Shown: positions 19,703-29,214 of the stretch, in pieces | Position numbering within the stretch: the stretch's first letter is position 1 | Layout of the letters: every line of letters begins with the position of its first letter | From: a virus | Taxonomy: Duplodnaviria; Caudoviricetes | DNA length: 64,000 nucleotides | Virus record (IMG/VR): IMGVR_UViG_637000224_000001 | Location: 13,351-77,350 of that record | Reading direction: 5' to 3' (one strand) | Notes under the pieces: generated by a model | What the model saw: only the letters and a program-made list of their open reading frames with translations | Databases searched by the model: none | Told to the model about the DNA's origin: nothing | Made by a program: the position numbers and the translations under genes

Positions 19703-20212
19703 TCAGGTAGTGGGTGTTGCTGTGGGAGCGTAACCAGGGTCTTTAGCGATAGCGTAGAGAGCGGATAACGCTATCGTCGTCAAACCGTTTTTTTGCTTCT
19801 GGGGAGAGCGATCATGCAAGCTTAGAATCTGAACTTCGCGATCGTCCGAAAGCACCTGCCCATCCTGGCTAACCAAGACCGCCCAGACCGGGCGATAAAT
19901 TGCTGCGCCATTATCGATGATAACGAGTTTCTCAAATATGTAGCGAGCTTGTATTTTTCCTTCGGCCAATCGTACCGCGATTACAGCTCTCGCTTTGCCG
20001 AACGGTGAGTCAATGTCAGCACCAAGACCATCCTTGCTGAGAGTGAGCTTCAGTCCCCAGGTATCTTGGGGATAGGATTCTTCCAGGTATTCGCTCAGCA
20101 TAGCGTTAAACTGATCGGCATATTTCCTAACACCCGCAGCCTCACTATTCGCGTATCTAACCTGATCGAATTCGCTTTCCAATATTTGTGAAAAAATCAT
20201 AGCCACCTCCAT
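19703..20212 (-). CDS. Hypothetical protein (moron)
   Basis: 169 aa ORF, no recognised motif. Confidence 0.6.
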   Translation of the reverse strand: MEVAMIFSQILESEFDQVRYANSEAAGVRKYADQFNAMLSEYLEESYPQDTWGLKLTLSKDGLGADIDSPFGKARAVIAVRLAEGKIQARYIFEKLVIIDNGAAIYRPVWAVLVSQDGQVLSDDREVQILSLHDRSPQKQKNGLTTIALSALYAIAKDPGYAPTATPTT

Positions 20213-20247
20213 TTGATGAAGGCTGAGTATGCGTTTAACAAAACCTC

Positions 20248-20697
20248 CTAGGTAGTGGTCTTTTCGCCAGTATTTAAAATGACCAGCAGTCTGACCTGGC
20301 CGCCGGTTCCTGTGTCCCGTTTTAGAGCCATCTCGACAGCTTCACCGGCAGTCGCCCCCATATCCATAGCTGTTAGCGCATGATCTGCACCACTGCCAAT
20401 GGCATACGTGCCTTTGCAGTCAACCGGGCACTTCCAGAATCCAGAATCGGTATCAGCGCCTATGTACCAAAGCCTTTCGCTATCGAACACAATCGCAGCC
20501 GCTTCAAGGTTGCGCGTCACGGAAGCTCCGAACCATGCGCTCTGCAAATCCTCGAAATCTAAGGTCTTACCGCTCATCACGAACTTGACACCCTTAACCT
20601 CATGACATTTTTCGTAATCGTCATAGGTGATCGTGTTTCCGGTGGTGATCTGCGAGTCATAGGCGATCACGCCGTCTTTGTAGGCGATGGTCGTCAT
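20248..20697 (-). CDS. Ntn-hydrolase, HslV/proteasome beta-like protease
   Basis: N-terminal M-TTIAY, DSQ, IGSGA (GSG), DTGTGG. Confidence 0.78.
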   Translation of the reverse strand: MTTIAYKDGVIAYDSQITTGNTITYDDYEKCHEVKGVKFVMSGKTLDFEDLQSAWFGASVTRNLEAAAIVFDSERLWYIGADTDSGFWKCPVDCKGTYAIGSGADHALTAMDMGATAGEAVEMALKRDTGTGGQVRLLVILNTGEKTTT

Positions 20698-20827
20698 GCG
20701 TTACTCCGCTGTGCAGCAATACCAGATCGACGGGGCATAGGCAGGGTGACCGCCTGACCGGACCGCAAGGGTTGAAAGACAAAATAAGATTGTTTATAAG
20801 ATTGGATCCAAATACGAGGATCTACCT

Positions 20828-21097
20828 ATGAAACCAGGCTTCGAAATAGGAATTTTGAGCGTCGCCCTTCCACTGGCTTTCTGCCTCTTGTATCTAGCCG
20901 GTCGCCAATTGCGGACGTTTGCCGCTTGGGCCGACAACACTGATCGCCCCAAAGAACGAGCCAAGGCCTACCTGGTCATGCTCGCTATTTTGGGCTTCGT
21001 CGCCGGGAGCATGATGCAGCCCCTTTACGACCGAACCAGCGATTGCTCGGCAGTAGGCCAAGCTCTAATTCCATGCCTCTTCAATAGCGCACACTGA
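20828..21097 (+). CDS. Small two-TM membrane protein (antisense moron)
   Basis: Two hydrophobic stretches in 89 aa. Confidence 0.6.
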   Translation: MKPGFEIGILSVALPLAFCLLYLAGRQLRTFAAWADNTDRPKERAKAYLVMLAILGFVAGSMMQPLYDRTSDCSAVGQALIPCLFNSAH

Positions 21098-21170
21098 CTA
21101 GGTAGCCCGATTGGCCCCTTACTACCGATCGGGCTGTATAGCCCTGTCCACCATCAGAGCCTGTCGACCA

Positions 21171-21401
21171 TCAGCTAAACGGGTCGGCAGGCTTGGCGAT
21201 CGAACGCACAAACCACATGAAGCCCTGCTGGAGATTGGTTTTGGCCAGAGCCAGAATGCGAGGGTCAACGCCTTCAATTTGGCCGATCTGCTTGAACAGT
21301 TCGCCGGTATCGGCCTCCAATGCCTTGATCGAATTCATGCCATCGATCTCCGACTGGCTCAGGTCGCGATAGCCGGTGATTTTCTTGTGCTGGTTATCCA
21401 T
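21171..21401 (-). CDS. acb2: Acb2-like anti-CBASS cyclic nucleotide sponge
   Basis: MDNQHKKITGYRDLSQSEIDGMNSIK... and KTNLQQGFMWFVRSIAKP match Acb2 as I recall it; Y11 and K26 present. Confidence 0.85.
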   Translation of the reverse strand: MDNQHKKITGYRDLSQSEIDGMNSIKALEADTGELFKQIGQIEGVDPRILALAKTNLQQGFMWFVRSIAKPADPFS

Positions 21402-21547
21402 GATCTTTCCTCTGTCGTTCGCGCCACGAAATGGCAGTGCCTGAAGTTGTGGAGCGCTACCGTGGTGCCAGAGTTTCTACGCAGCGCTTGAAATGATGGC
21501 CGTTAGCCGGTATTAGTGGCGACTTTTAAAGCAAGGTAGCTAACGTA

Positions 21548-21997
21548 ATGCCGTTTACACGCACCCGCATCACTGCAGTATCAATCCTCGCATCTTTGGT
21601 TCTCAGCGGCTGCGCCACGCAACCTCAGGAAACGTGGACAAACCAAGGCCCTTCCAAGATCGTCACTGAAAATGGGCGATATGTCTGCTATACAGATGCG
21701 CAGATCGTTGACGGCAAACGTACGCGCTTCAATTTATGCGCGACTCCCTCGTCAGGGCTGATTAGTGCTAATGGGCCGCAGATTTGGGTAGGGGCTGGCT
21801 ACCGGAGGCCATTCAAGTACCCCCTTAACGAAGCCATTAATGGAACCGTAGTGCCGCTTGAAGACGTGGATAACGTGCAGCTTAAATGCGAATCGTTGAA
21901 GAAGGTTGCTGGGGGCTCGACTCCCGAGACGTTCTGTAAGGTCACTCTTAAAGATAGAGTGCTCGTAAGCGCTCAGATAGTTTTCGAAGGAATGTAA
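21548..21997 (+). CDS. Lipoprotein (antisense moron)
   Basis: Lipobox LSGC after hydrophobic signal. Confidence 0.7.
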   Translation: MPFTRTRITAVSILASLVLSGCATQPQETWTNQGPSKIVTENGRYVCYTDAQIVDGKRTRFNLCATPSSGLISANGPQIWVGAGYRRPFKYPLNEAINGTVVPLEDVDNVQLKCESLKKVAGGSTPETFCKVTLKDRVLVSAQIVFEGM

Positions 21998-22032
21998 GGA
22001 TGTCTGCGCGCCATGCTTTTTAGTTTGGCGCG

Positions 22033-22371
22033 TTAGGGCGTCTGCCGCTCTACCGCCTCGTTGACTTTATCGGCGGCCTTGCTGGCCACCTCTGCCGCTT
22101 CCGTCGCCTTGCCCGCAGCACCCTCAACCTTTACGGCTGCTTCGGTCGCGGTCTTGGCCAGCTTGTTCAGGCGCATGTCGCGCTGAATGGTGGCCTCGTC
22201 GTAACCCCGGCGTACTTCCGCGACCTGGGTGGTGTACCAGCTCGACAGTCGCCACTCGGCAACCTGAAAGCCCAGCATTGCACCACCGGCCAGCAACAGA
22301 ATGGCGATCAGCCAAACCTCTACACGCCTCCACCAGTGGCGGGCGACGAAGTTGATAGCACATCTGTCCAT
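22033..22371 (-). CDS. Membrane-anchored phage protein (lysis-position cluster)
   Basis: N-terminal TM plus coiled-coil; coupled to upstream gene. Confidence 0.65.
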   Translation of the reverse strand: MDRCAINFVARHWWRRVEVWLIAILLLAGGAMLGFQVAEWRLSSWYTTQVAEVRRGYDEATIQRDMRLNKLAKTATEAAVKVEGAAGKATEAAEVASKAADKVNEAVERQTP

Positions 22372-22742
22372 CAGTTCATTCCTCCGAGCTTGGTGCGCAG
22401 ACGAGCGATCTCAGCGCTTTGAGTAGTGACCTTGTCAGTGAGCTGGGCCACCTGGCTGGTCAGGGCTTCGATCTTCCCTTCCATCCGGCCCACGGCGGCA
22501 GCCAGCTCATTGCGTTCTTTGGCGAACTGGTCCGCCCGAGACTCGGCTTCTTTGCGGGCCACGCGCTCAGAGTCGAGCAGTTCATTGAGCCGTCGGACGG
22601 TGCCGATATCGGCGTTGTCCATGGCGCGGTCGGTCGCATCCCGGGAGAGGAATTTCCTCAACCACAGGAAGCCACCCAGCAGGATTGTGCCCGTACCGCC
22701 CAGCCAGGTAGCTGTGCCTGGGCCGAGGTCGGTTGGGTCCAT
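22371..22742 (-). CDS. Putative holin-position membrane protein
   Basis: Start re-called at ATG 22742 (MDPTDLGPG); one TM then coiled-coil; first late gene after Q-like. Confidence 0.55.
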   Translation of the reverse strand: MDPTDLGPGTATWLGGTGTILLGGFLWLRKFLSRDATDRAMDNADIGTVRRLNELLDSERVARKEAESRADQFAKERNELAAAVGRMEGKIEALTSQVAQLTDKVTTQSAEIARLRTKLGGMN

Positions 22743-22911
22743 CTTTACTCCGGAAATAAAAAACTCTCCAGAATGGAGAGCATCAGAAAGCACGCAGATA
22801 TCTAACGCCGTGCTCCACCACCAAACATCTGTACTGTACGAGCCAGTAATCTAGCCCAATAATATGAGGAATATCACGAAATGGTATCTAACTAAACTTT
22901 AGGGGTGAGGG

Positions 22912-23268
22912 ATGGACAACCGAAACAAATCTGGTCTTGATGACATCAAAACCCTGTTCGATGGTGTTAAGAACTTAGCGCTTTGCGCGGCGCTTGCAGT
23001 GGGGCTAAAAGAGTTCCAAGCGCCGATGGAAAACCTCGGCATGAGCTACCAAGCCCGACAAATGATAAACACCAGCGGAATGTTGGTTGCGAGCGGTTTT
23101 ACAACGCTCGCTATAGTCTGGCTGTGTTTTAGCTTTAAGGAAAAACCTGCTTGGCCGATTATGTTTAGACTCAGCCTAATTGCTCTTGGCACTGTAACTC
23201 TGATTGTGATGGCGATAATCATCGCTTCAGCGACGGAGTCTATCCCTAGCTTTTTCCTATTTTTATAA
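22912..23268 (+). CDS. Three-TM membrane protein (antisense moron)
   Basis: Hydrophobic segments, AT-rich. Confidence 0.6.
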   Translation: MDNRNKSGLDDIKTLFDGVKNLALCAALAVGLKEFQAPMENLGMSYQARQMINTSGMLVASGFTTLAIVWLCFSFKEKPAWPIMFRLSLIALGTVTLIVMAIIIASATESIPSFFLFL

Positions 23269-23288
23269 AGCTCGCCATTCAATCATCC

Positions 23289-23320
23289 ATAAAAAAGCCC
23301 GACAACAAGGTCGGGCTTTC
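23289..23320. terminator. Bidirectional terminator-like hairpin
   Basis: AAAAAAGCCCGAC-AACAAG-GTCGGGCTTT between convergent genes. Confidence 0.6.
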
Positions 23321-23393
23321 AGTGCTTCCTGAGCGAGTTGCCGTAGGCAAAATACTCAATATGGCAAAATAATGCCCTCAGCCGCACGGGAAG

Positions 23394-23975
23394 TCAAGCC
23401 GCTTCTCTAATCTCGTAAATCACCGCTCCAATTGGGCTCAAAGCCATGCGATCCAGGTCCTCGCAGCAATCGAATGAAAGACGCACGAAGCACTCCCAAT
23501 CCCGGTCCCAGTTGCACGATTCCAGCCTCACGCCGAACTCGCCCATCAGCCACGAACGGAAAGCCTCTGGCTTGATCAGAGGATCGTCATTAGCCGACTG
23601 CCCGCCCTGATGCATGTAGCGATACCGGCGCATTACGCCCTTCACCACGTACTCCAGCTTCTCCCTCTTGCCGGCCGTCATGCGCTTCGACTTCGACATA
23701 ACCATGCCAAACACAACGCCTTCTGCCGCTTCGTTGATGTCGTCGTCACGGTTAGCTGAATACATGTACTCGCCGAACACCCGTACTTGCGGGTGAAGTT
23801 TGGCGATCGCCGATTGGATGTGCCCGGCCAAGGCGCTATGCATCGCGTGGTTTGCTGTTGGCCCTCGCTCCGTGCCCTGCACCACCACGCCGAGCTGAAC
23901 GACGTCAGAGGACTGGCCAGGTGCTGGAATGTAGGTGCAGTCATGCCACGCCTGACGTGCCGAGTGGATTTTCAT
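23394..23975 (-). CDS. Putative late antiterminator (Q position)
   Basis: Last gene of the nin region, before late genes; function from synteny only. Confidence 0.55.
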   Translation of the reverse strand: MKIHSARQAWHDCTYIPAPGQSSDVVQLGVVVQGTERGPTANHAMHSALAGHIQSAIAKLHPQVRVFGEYMYSANRDDDINEAAEGVVFGMVMSKSKRMTAGKREKLEYVVKGVMRRYRYMHQGGQSANDDPLIKPEAFRSWLMGEFGVRLESCNWDRDWECFVRLSFDCCEDLDRMALSPIGAVIYEIREAA

Positions 23976-24574
23976 GCTGCTTGCCCCTTTTTCAATTCTT
24001 TTGTCAGTGCCCGGTACTTGCCTGTCAGGGCTTTCAATTCTTCGATGGTGTACTTCTGAGGCTCATGAGGGCCTTCGAGCCATTCCACGTTGGCGATGCC
24101 GATGCGGCGCACCAGCTCAGCGCGGTAATTCACCAGGTCGCCAGACTTGTGTGTGTTGCACGGCGCGCACTGTCGCCATACGTTGAGCGGTTCGAATCTG
24201 AGGGCCGGGTGACCACCGACGGACCGATAGTGCCCGGCGTGCCACTGGCCGTTGTGATGCCGTCCGCAGCTCACGCATGGCTCGCCCATGTCGCGGTGAC
24301 GAACCCACTCGTTGAAAGCCTGCTGGGTATCCTTCATGTGGTCGCTGCGAGACTTCAGCTTCTCCTTGCGAGCCCTGAGCTCAGACCGCTCGCGCTGCGC
24401 AATAGCCTTGCGCGCCCGATCCTGATTCGCCGGAGCGATAGCCAAACCGCATGCCCAGCCACAGACTTTCTGGCCAAGTTGAGCAGGCACAAACTGGATA
24501 CCGCATGCCGGATTGTCGCAGGTCTTCTTTTTGCGCTCCTTGATGGTCTTGAGCATCAGTAACGCCCTCCCCAC
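23972..24574 (-). CDS. ninG: NinG/Rap family recombination endonuclease
   Basis: CVSCG, WHAGHYRSVG, QCAPCN, GDLVNYR. Confidence 0.9.
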   Translation of the reverse strand: MGRALLMLKTIKERKKKTCDNPACGIQFVPAQLGQKVCGWACGLAIAPANQDRARKAIAQRERSELRARKEKLKSRSDHMKDTQQAFNEWVRHRDMGEPCVSCGRHHNGQWHAGHYRSVGGHPALRFEPLNVWRQCAPCNTHKSGDLVNYRAELVRRIGIANVEWLEGPHEPQKYTIEELKALTGKYRALTKELKKGQAA

Positions 24575-24990
24575 CTGTCCGGCTCGGTCCAGCGGACGCC
24601 GCGCTCAGCGCCGAACGCATGGATGACCTCGAACAGATCGCTAAACCACTTGGCCGACTGCTTACGGGTCGAGGTGGCCATGACGACGAATCCGCCATCG
24701 AGCCCAGGTTCTGCACGCTGCTTCTCGACCGAGGCGCTGAACAGGCACTTCCAGTCCTCATCAGTGAGCTTCTTGCCGTACCACTCAACCTGCTCGGATA
24801 CGTCGCGGAGCATTGCCCACATCTTGCGGTTGAGGACGTCAGGACGCTTCTCGTCTTTGATGACCACTACCTTCGGCTTGGTCAGGTCGATGGCGTGCAG
24901 TGCGCCGTATAGGCGATTGAGGTCTCGAGTACTGCGAATAGCGAACTCAGTCATGGCGCGCCTCCAAGAACGAATACCCACCTCGCCCAT
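24556..24990 (-). CDS. ninB: NinB/Orf family recombination protein
   Basis: NRKMWAMLRDVSEQVEWYG, EDWKCLF, STRKQS. Confidence 0.88.
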   Translation of the reverse strand: MGEVGIRSWRRAMTEFAIRSTRDLNRLYGALHAIDLTKPKVVVIKDEKRPDVLNRKMWAMLRDVSEQVEWYGKKLTDEDWKCLFSASVEKQRAEPGLDGGFVVMATSTRKQSAKWFSDLFEVIHAFGAERGVRWTEPDRWGGRY

Positions 24991-25044
24991 TGGGCAGAAC
25001 TGTTGTGGTGTTGAGCAGGGTTCGGAGTTGCTCCCAGGTGCGGA

Positions 25045-25326
25045 TCATTCCGTCACCTTCACGCCAGCGGACTCAATGGCTTCGCGGCAATCTTTGATTG
25101 CGTGGAATGCCTCTCCTGGATCGTCATACCCGTAGTGGTCCGGCAGCTTAATAACCAGCGCCTCGCGGGAGGCCTGCCAGCCGGCTTCGAAATCAGAAAG
25201 GCTGACTCGCTCAAGCACTTGGCGAACGCGAGCCCCTTCACCGCCGCCGATCATGGCTGTCGCGATCCGGCTCTTGTGTGCCTCAAATGCTGCGAGCAGC
25301 TCACCACGGTTCTTGTCGTTGCTCAT
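25045..25326 (-). CDS. Hypothetical protein
   Basis: Coupled ORF in replication-nin operon. Confidence 0.6.
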   Translation of the reverse strand: MSNDKNRGELLAAFEAHKSRIATAMIGGGEGARVRQVLERVSLSDFEAGWQASREALVIKLPDHYGYDDPGEAFHAIKDCREAIESAGVKVTE

Positions 25327-26129
25327 TGCCCCGCCCTCCTCAATTCCAGTTCCTCAGCCTGCCGCTGAAGCAGCGCGAGGCGGTCTGCCAAATCATTGGC
25401 AGCCTTGATCTTCAATTCGTGCCTGCGCTTGGCCGAGGCCTTGCTCATTTCGCGCATGCTGTCTCTCACCGCCTGAAGCTTTTCGCGAACGTCCGGGCTT
25501 GGGTTGGCAACCTGGCCGGTGATCAAGCCAGCAATGGCCTGGCCGTCCTGCGTGATGGGTACCACGTTCAAATCGGCCAGGTACAACTGCCCGCGCTCTT
25601 GCGGGATGCGCTGCATCTGCACGGCTTTGGTGATGGCCTCGACTCGGCGATTGGCGTCGAAGCCGACTGAAACGCGCCAGCTGACGCCCTTTTGATCATT
25701 GCGGGCTTGGCTCACCAGTCGTTCGTATGCGCTGATGAAGGCCATGCGTGCGCCGATCTTGTCTCCGGCATCCAGGACGGGTTTTGCGGCAGCCAGAGCG
25801 AGGTGGATCTCGTCGGTAAGCACGACAGTCTCGTACTCGTCGTTGGTGGTCATGGCGATAGCCCACGCCTCGTCCTTGCCCGGGCGGCCGTCAGAAGACT
25901 GCACGCGCTGAAGGATGTCAGCCATTGCCAACTTTCCCTTCACTTCGAAACGGCATGCCTTCAGAGCGGCTTTGACGATCGGCACCGAGTAAGCACTCAG
26001 GTCTTCAGCCATGATCGCTGCCGTGCCGGGATTCATTTCCTGACCCATGGCTTCAGCGGTTGCGCAGATGGCGGCCGCCAGTCCTGCGACCTGCTGATCG
26101 TTCATTTCAGAGGTATTCATTGCGGTCAC
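25323..26129 (-). CDS. Replication accessory protein (P position)
   Basis: Directly downstream of initiator; DGRPGKDEAW motif. Confidence 0.65.
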   Translation of the reverse strand: MTAMNTSEMNDQQVAGLAAAICATAEAMGQEMNPGTAAIMAEDLSAYSVPIVKAALKACRFEVKGKLAMADILQRVQSSDGRPGKDEAWAIAMTTNDEYETVVLTDEIHLALAAAKPVLDAGDKIGARMAFISAYERLVSQARNDQKGVSWRVSVGFDANRRVEAITKAVQMQRIPQERGQLYLADLNVVPITQDGQAIAGLITGQVANPSPDVREKLQAVRDSMREMSKASAKRRHELKIKAANDLADRLALLQRQAEELELRRAGQ

Positions 26130-27084
26130 CTGCTTGGCGTTTGGCCAGAACCATCTGGGCGGCCTGCTCCGCTGCGGATAGATTCGCCTCGGTCCTTTCC
26201 ATCTGGCGCGCAGTTGTGCCGTTGACGCGCTGACCGGTTACCCACTGGGTGTGATAACTCTCTGCGTTTGCCAGCAGCTCGTTGAGGCTGTGGCATTTGC
26301 GCAGGACGGCGGCATCGCTGGTCTTCAGGAAGTGGGCAGCTACGTGGTGAGCGACATCAGCGCCGAGACGGTCGACCAGTTGGCCGAGCTGACCGCCGAC
26401 CTTCGCATTCCAAACCGGCCAGGCGCTGTAACGCTTGCGGTAGGCCATGGCGTAGTTCGCCCAGACCTTGAAGGTTTTGCAGGTCCTATCTTTCGGTCCA
26501 GGCATGTCGGCGGGAATCTCAACCCGTGGCGTGTCGGCGCGATCGTCAACCACAGCCAAACCGCAGGACTGACCCGGCTCGCCGGGAGGGTCTTGCAAGT
26601 CCTGACTTGTACCCTGATTGGTATCCTGATTACTTGTATCCTGATTTGTCGGAGATTTTTCCGACCCTTGCCCGGATTTTTTTCCGACCTTGATCGGATT
26701 TTTTTCCGAGGTAGCTCGGATTTTTTTCCGAACCTTGCCGTCTGGTAGGGTCGGATATTTTTCCGACCCATCGAGCTTCTGATTCCACTCGACGGCCTTC
26801 GCTGTCAGACGAAAAAGTGTGATATTTGAAGTGCTGGAAAGCTCAATCAAACCGGCGTCCTCCAAAGCTTTCAGCATGCGGTAAGCGGTATCAGGCTTGT
26901 CAGTGAGTAGCGGAAGCTCCTCGATGATCTTCGCCTTGCTCAGCGCGAAGAAAATCCCGCCATCGGTCTTGATTGGCTTGGTCCAGCTGGGGCACCCATA
27001 GACGAAGGCAAACAGCAAGGCCTGCTGAGAATTCAGCCCCCACTCCAACGCCTTCACCTGATTGATCGTGACGGTGTACTGCAT
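26107..27084 (-). CDS. Replication initiator (O-like)
   Basis: N-terminal wHTH-like region; internal iteron array. Confidence 0.82.
   Translation of the reverse strand: MQYTVTINQVKALEWGLNSQQALLFAFVYGCPSWTKPIKTDGGIFFALSKAKIIEELPLLTDKPDTAYRMLKALEDAGLIELSSTSNITLFRLTAKAVEWNQKLDGSEKYPTLPDGKVRKKIRATSEKNPIKVGKKSGQGSEKSPTNQDTSNQDTNQGTSQDLQDPPGEPGQSCGLAVVDDRADTPRVEIPADMPGPKDRTCKTFKVWANYAMAYRKRYSAWPVWNAKVGGQLGQLVDRLGADVAHHVAAHFLKTSDAAVLRKCHSLNELLANAESYHTQWVTGQRVNGTTARQMERTEANLSAAEQAAQMVLAKRQAGDRNEYL
26649..26766. repeat. Replication origin iterons, 5 x 16 bp YCGGA-N6-TCCGA
   Basis: Copies at 26649, 26672, 26694, 26716, 26751, inside the initiator gene as in lambda ori. Confidence 0.85.
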
Positions 27085-27117
27085 CTCAGGACTTCCCGAC
27101 CTTTTTGGTCCGGCTCA

Positions 27118-27540
27118 TCAGGCAGCCTTCAGCGATTCGCGAAGCACTTGAAGCGCGTCGATCGCTTCTTGAATGGCTTTGTCACCCTGGGCTTTCTCGT
27201 GCTGGCTGATGTGGTTGTCGATAGTGGCGTCGTAGACCAGGCGCTTTACGTCACCCGACTCGGCGGCGAGATGTGCCAAGGCCGCAAGCAGAGGTTTAGG
27301 CGCTGGCCGCAGGCGTGCAACGACATCGCAACCGAACTCGTCAGCAAGGGCCTTCAGCGGCCGCAAATCATTCGTGTGCAGCAGAATCCCGAACAGGTGC
27401 TCAATTGTCAGGTGATGAGCATCGTTATCTGGGTTGGCTCGCTGGAGAAGGCTCACGTGAGCAACCCCCATTTTCGCTGCCAAGCTCTTGGCCTCGTTTT
27501 CGAGCACTGCGCTCTGGCAGGACCGCAAGAAATTTTCCAT
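27118..27540 (-). CDS. CII-like regulatory protein
   Basis: LLQRANPDNDAHHLT motif; follows cro. Confidence 0.7.
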   Translation of the reverse strand: MENFLRSCQSAVLENEAKSLAAKMGVAHVSLLQRANPDNDAHHLTIEHLFGILLHTNDLRPLKALADEFGCDVVARLRPAPKPLLAALAHLAAESGDVKRLVYDATIDNHISQHEKAQGDKAIQEAIDALQVLRESLKAA

Positions 27541-27638
27541 TCGTAAAGCCTCAGATTTGTTTCAGTGGTGGCGAACTGCGTGGTGCAGCAGAATCCGACT
27601 CGCGCTCTGGTCACGGCTCAGCCGTTGGTTGACTTGAG

Positions 27639-27848
27639 TTACGCGGCTGATTTTCTAGGCTGAGCAGCACAGAGCTGACGGGCAGTTATCTGTCCACCAG
27701 TGAGCTCTTCAGCCAAAAATGCTTTGTTCGCACCCATGGCGTGCGTGCCGTTGAACCAATAGGAAACGGCGGCCTGGGATACGCCCAGTGCTGCGGCGGT
27801 CTTTGCTTGCCCGCCAAGGAACTCGACGAGCTTTTCAATGGGGGTCAT
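27639..27848 (-). CDS. cro: Cro-like HTH repressor
   Basis: GGQAKTAAALGVSQAAVSYW HTH, divergent from cI. Confidence 0.88.
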   Translation of the reverse strand: MTPIEKLVEFLGGQAKTAAALGVSQAAVSYWFNGTHAMGANKAFLAEELTGGQITARQLCAAQPRKSAA

Positions 27849-27862
27849 AGCGTCAACTCCTG

Positions 27863-27923
27863 ATAAGCATGCTTATATCGTATTGATAAGAAGGCTTATT
27901 TGCAAGCATATAAGGGACCTTAT
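27863..27923. promoter_or_regulatory. OR operators, 3 x ATAAG-N4-CTTAT
   Basis: 27863-27876, 27886-27899, 27910-27923 between cro and cI. Confidence 0.88.
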
Positions 27924-27935
27924 AAGTTGCTATGC

Positions 27936-28586
27936 ATGACTACACTCGCCCAAAGACTGAAACTCGCTCGAGCGCACGCCAAGATCACCCAGCGAAAGCT
28001 GGCGGAGCTCGCGGGCGTAGAGCAGCCCGCTATATCCCAAATGGAAAGCGGAAAGACGCTCAAGTCCGCGCATCTCGTCGCGCTGGCCAAGGCTTGCGGC
28101 GTGAATGCTGACTGGCTTGCCACCGGTACTGGTCAAATGGCCAGCGAGCAGTCAAACGTGGAGATAGTCGAACAGCCCTCGCGCATGTACCGCTACCCTG
28201 TAGTGAGCTGGGTCGCAGCTGGCGAGTGGTCGGAAGCGGTTGAGCCTTATGCGCCAGGTGCTGCTGATGAGTACGACGTGTCTGACTACAAGGCCAAGGG
28301 CCCGGCGTTTTGGCTGATGGTTAAAGGGGACTCGATGACGGCACCTACTGCCCCTTCGATTCCAGAGGGCTCACAGATACTCGTAGACACCCGGGCAGAA
28401 GTACTCCCAGGCAAGCTGGTGATCGCGAAGCTGGGCGGCAGCAACGAGGCGACTTTCAAGAAGCTGGTAGAAGATGGCGGCGTCAGATACCTGAAGCCCC
28501 TGAACTCTGCCTATCCGACCGTGCAGTGCTCGGATGACTGCAGGATCATCGGCGTGGTGGTCAGGTCGCTGACTAAATTTGCATGA
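27936..28586 (+). CDS. cI: CI repressor (HTH + S24 peptidase)
   Basis: Start re-called at ATG 27936; HTH, VAAG cleavage site, GDSM and TFKKL. Confidence 0.95.
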   Translation: MTTLAQRLKLARAHAKITQRKLAELAGVEQPAISQMESGKTLKSAHLVALAKACGVNADWLATGTGQMASEQSNVEIVEQPSRMYRYPVVSWVAAGEWSEAVEPYAPGAADEYDVSDYKAKGPAFWLMVKGDSMTAPTAPSIPEGSQILVDTRAEVLPGKLVIAKLGGSNEATFKKLVEDGGVRYLKPLNSAYPTVQCSDDCRIIGVVVRSLTKFA

Positions 28587-28598
28587 AAGCCGAGTCAT

Positions 28599-28871
28599 AT
28601 GGCCCGGCGGGAATTCGTAGGGGTACCAGTCATGGGATTGACGAAGCCGAATCAACAATTGGCACGCGACCTACAGGGCCTCGCCTCTGACTTGAAGTGG
28701 TCGGCCGTGGAGTTGCTGCGGATCGTCGAGCGATTGAGCCTTGCGGGTAACGAGCCTGATGCCCAGGCCATCCTGAAGATGATCATTTTGTTCCAGGCCG
28801 ACGAGGACAAGCTGGCTGGGTATGTAGATGAGGTTAGGCAAGGACGGATTGTACGGGAACGATCTGAGTAG
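28599..28871 (+). CDS. Hypothetical protein
   Basis: 90 aa ORF downstream of cI. Confidence 0.55.
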   Translation: MARREFVGVPVMGLTKPNQQLARDLQGLASDLKWSAVELLRIVERLSLAGNEPDAQAILKMIILFQADEDKLAGYVDEVRQGRIVRERSE

Positions 28872-28905
28872 CCGGGTCATCTGGCCCATCATTATGGAAT
28901 GTGAA

Positions 28906-29214
28906 ATGAATGTCTTTAGAGTCGCGGTCCTGATAGTCGTTTCCCTTATTGTCTCAAGCTGCGCCAGCAAGCCAGAAACTGAATACGAAAAAAAAATCGA
29001 AGCGATCCCAATGCCAGCGACGGAAGCCGAGAGAGCTGAGCAATGTCAGGCGGTTCAGGATCTCGCAAGATCAGCCTTTATTGAAGACGTGCTTCACGAC
29101 GCCCAGCGCACAGACCCAGGCCCTGGCTTCCCGGTTTACGATGAGTCGGTGTATCCAGCTCTCATGCGACGCCATCATGCAATGAATTGCCCTAGCTTTA
29201 ATTTGCTAAAGTGA
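28906..29214 (+). CDS. Lipoprotein
   Basis: Start ATG 28906, lipobox VSSC. Confidence 0.65.
   Translation: MNVFRVAVLIVVSLIVSSCASKPETEYEKKIEAIPMPATEAERAEQCQAVQDLARSAFIEDVLHDAQRTDPGPGFPVYDESVYPALMRRHHAMNCPSFNLLK

Noticed and set aside
22033-22742. Complete lysis cassette
   Set aside because: No endolysin or spanin recognised here; probably beyond the left window edge after the tail genes, so its absence is not evidence of a defective phage
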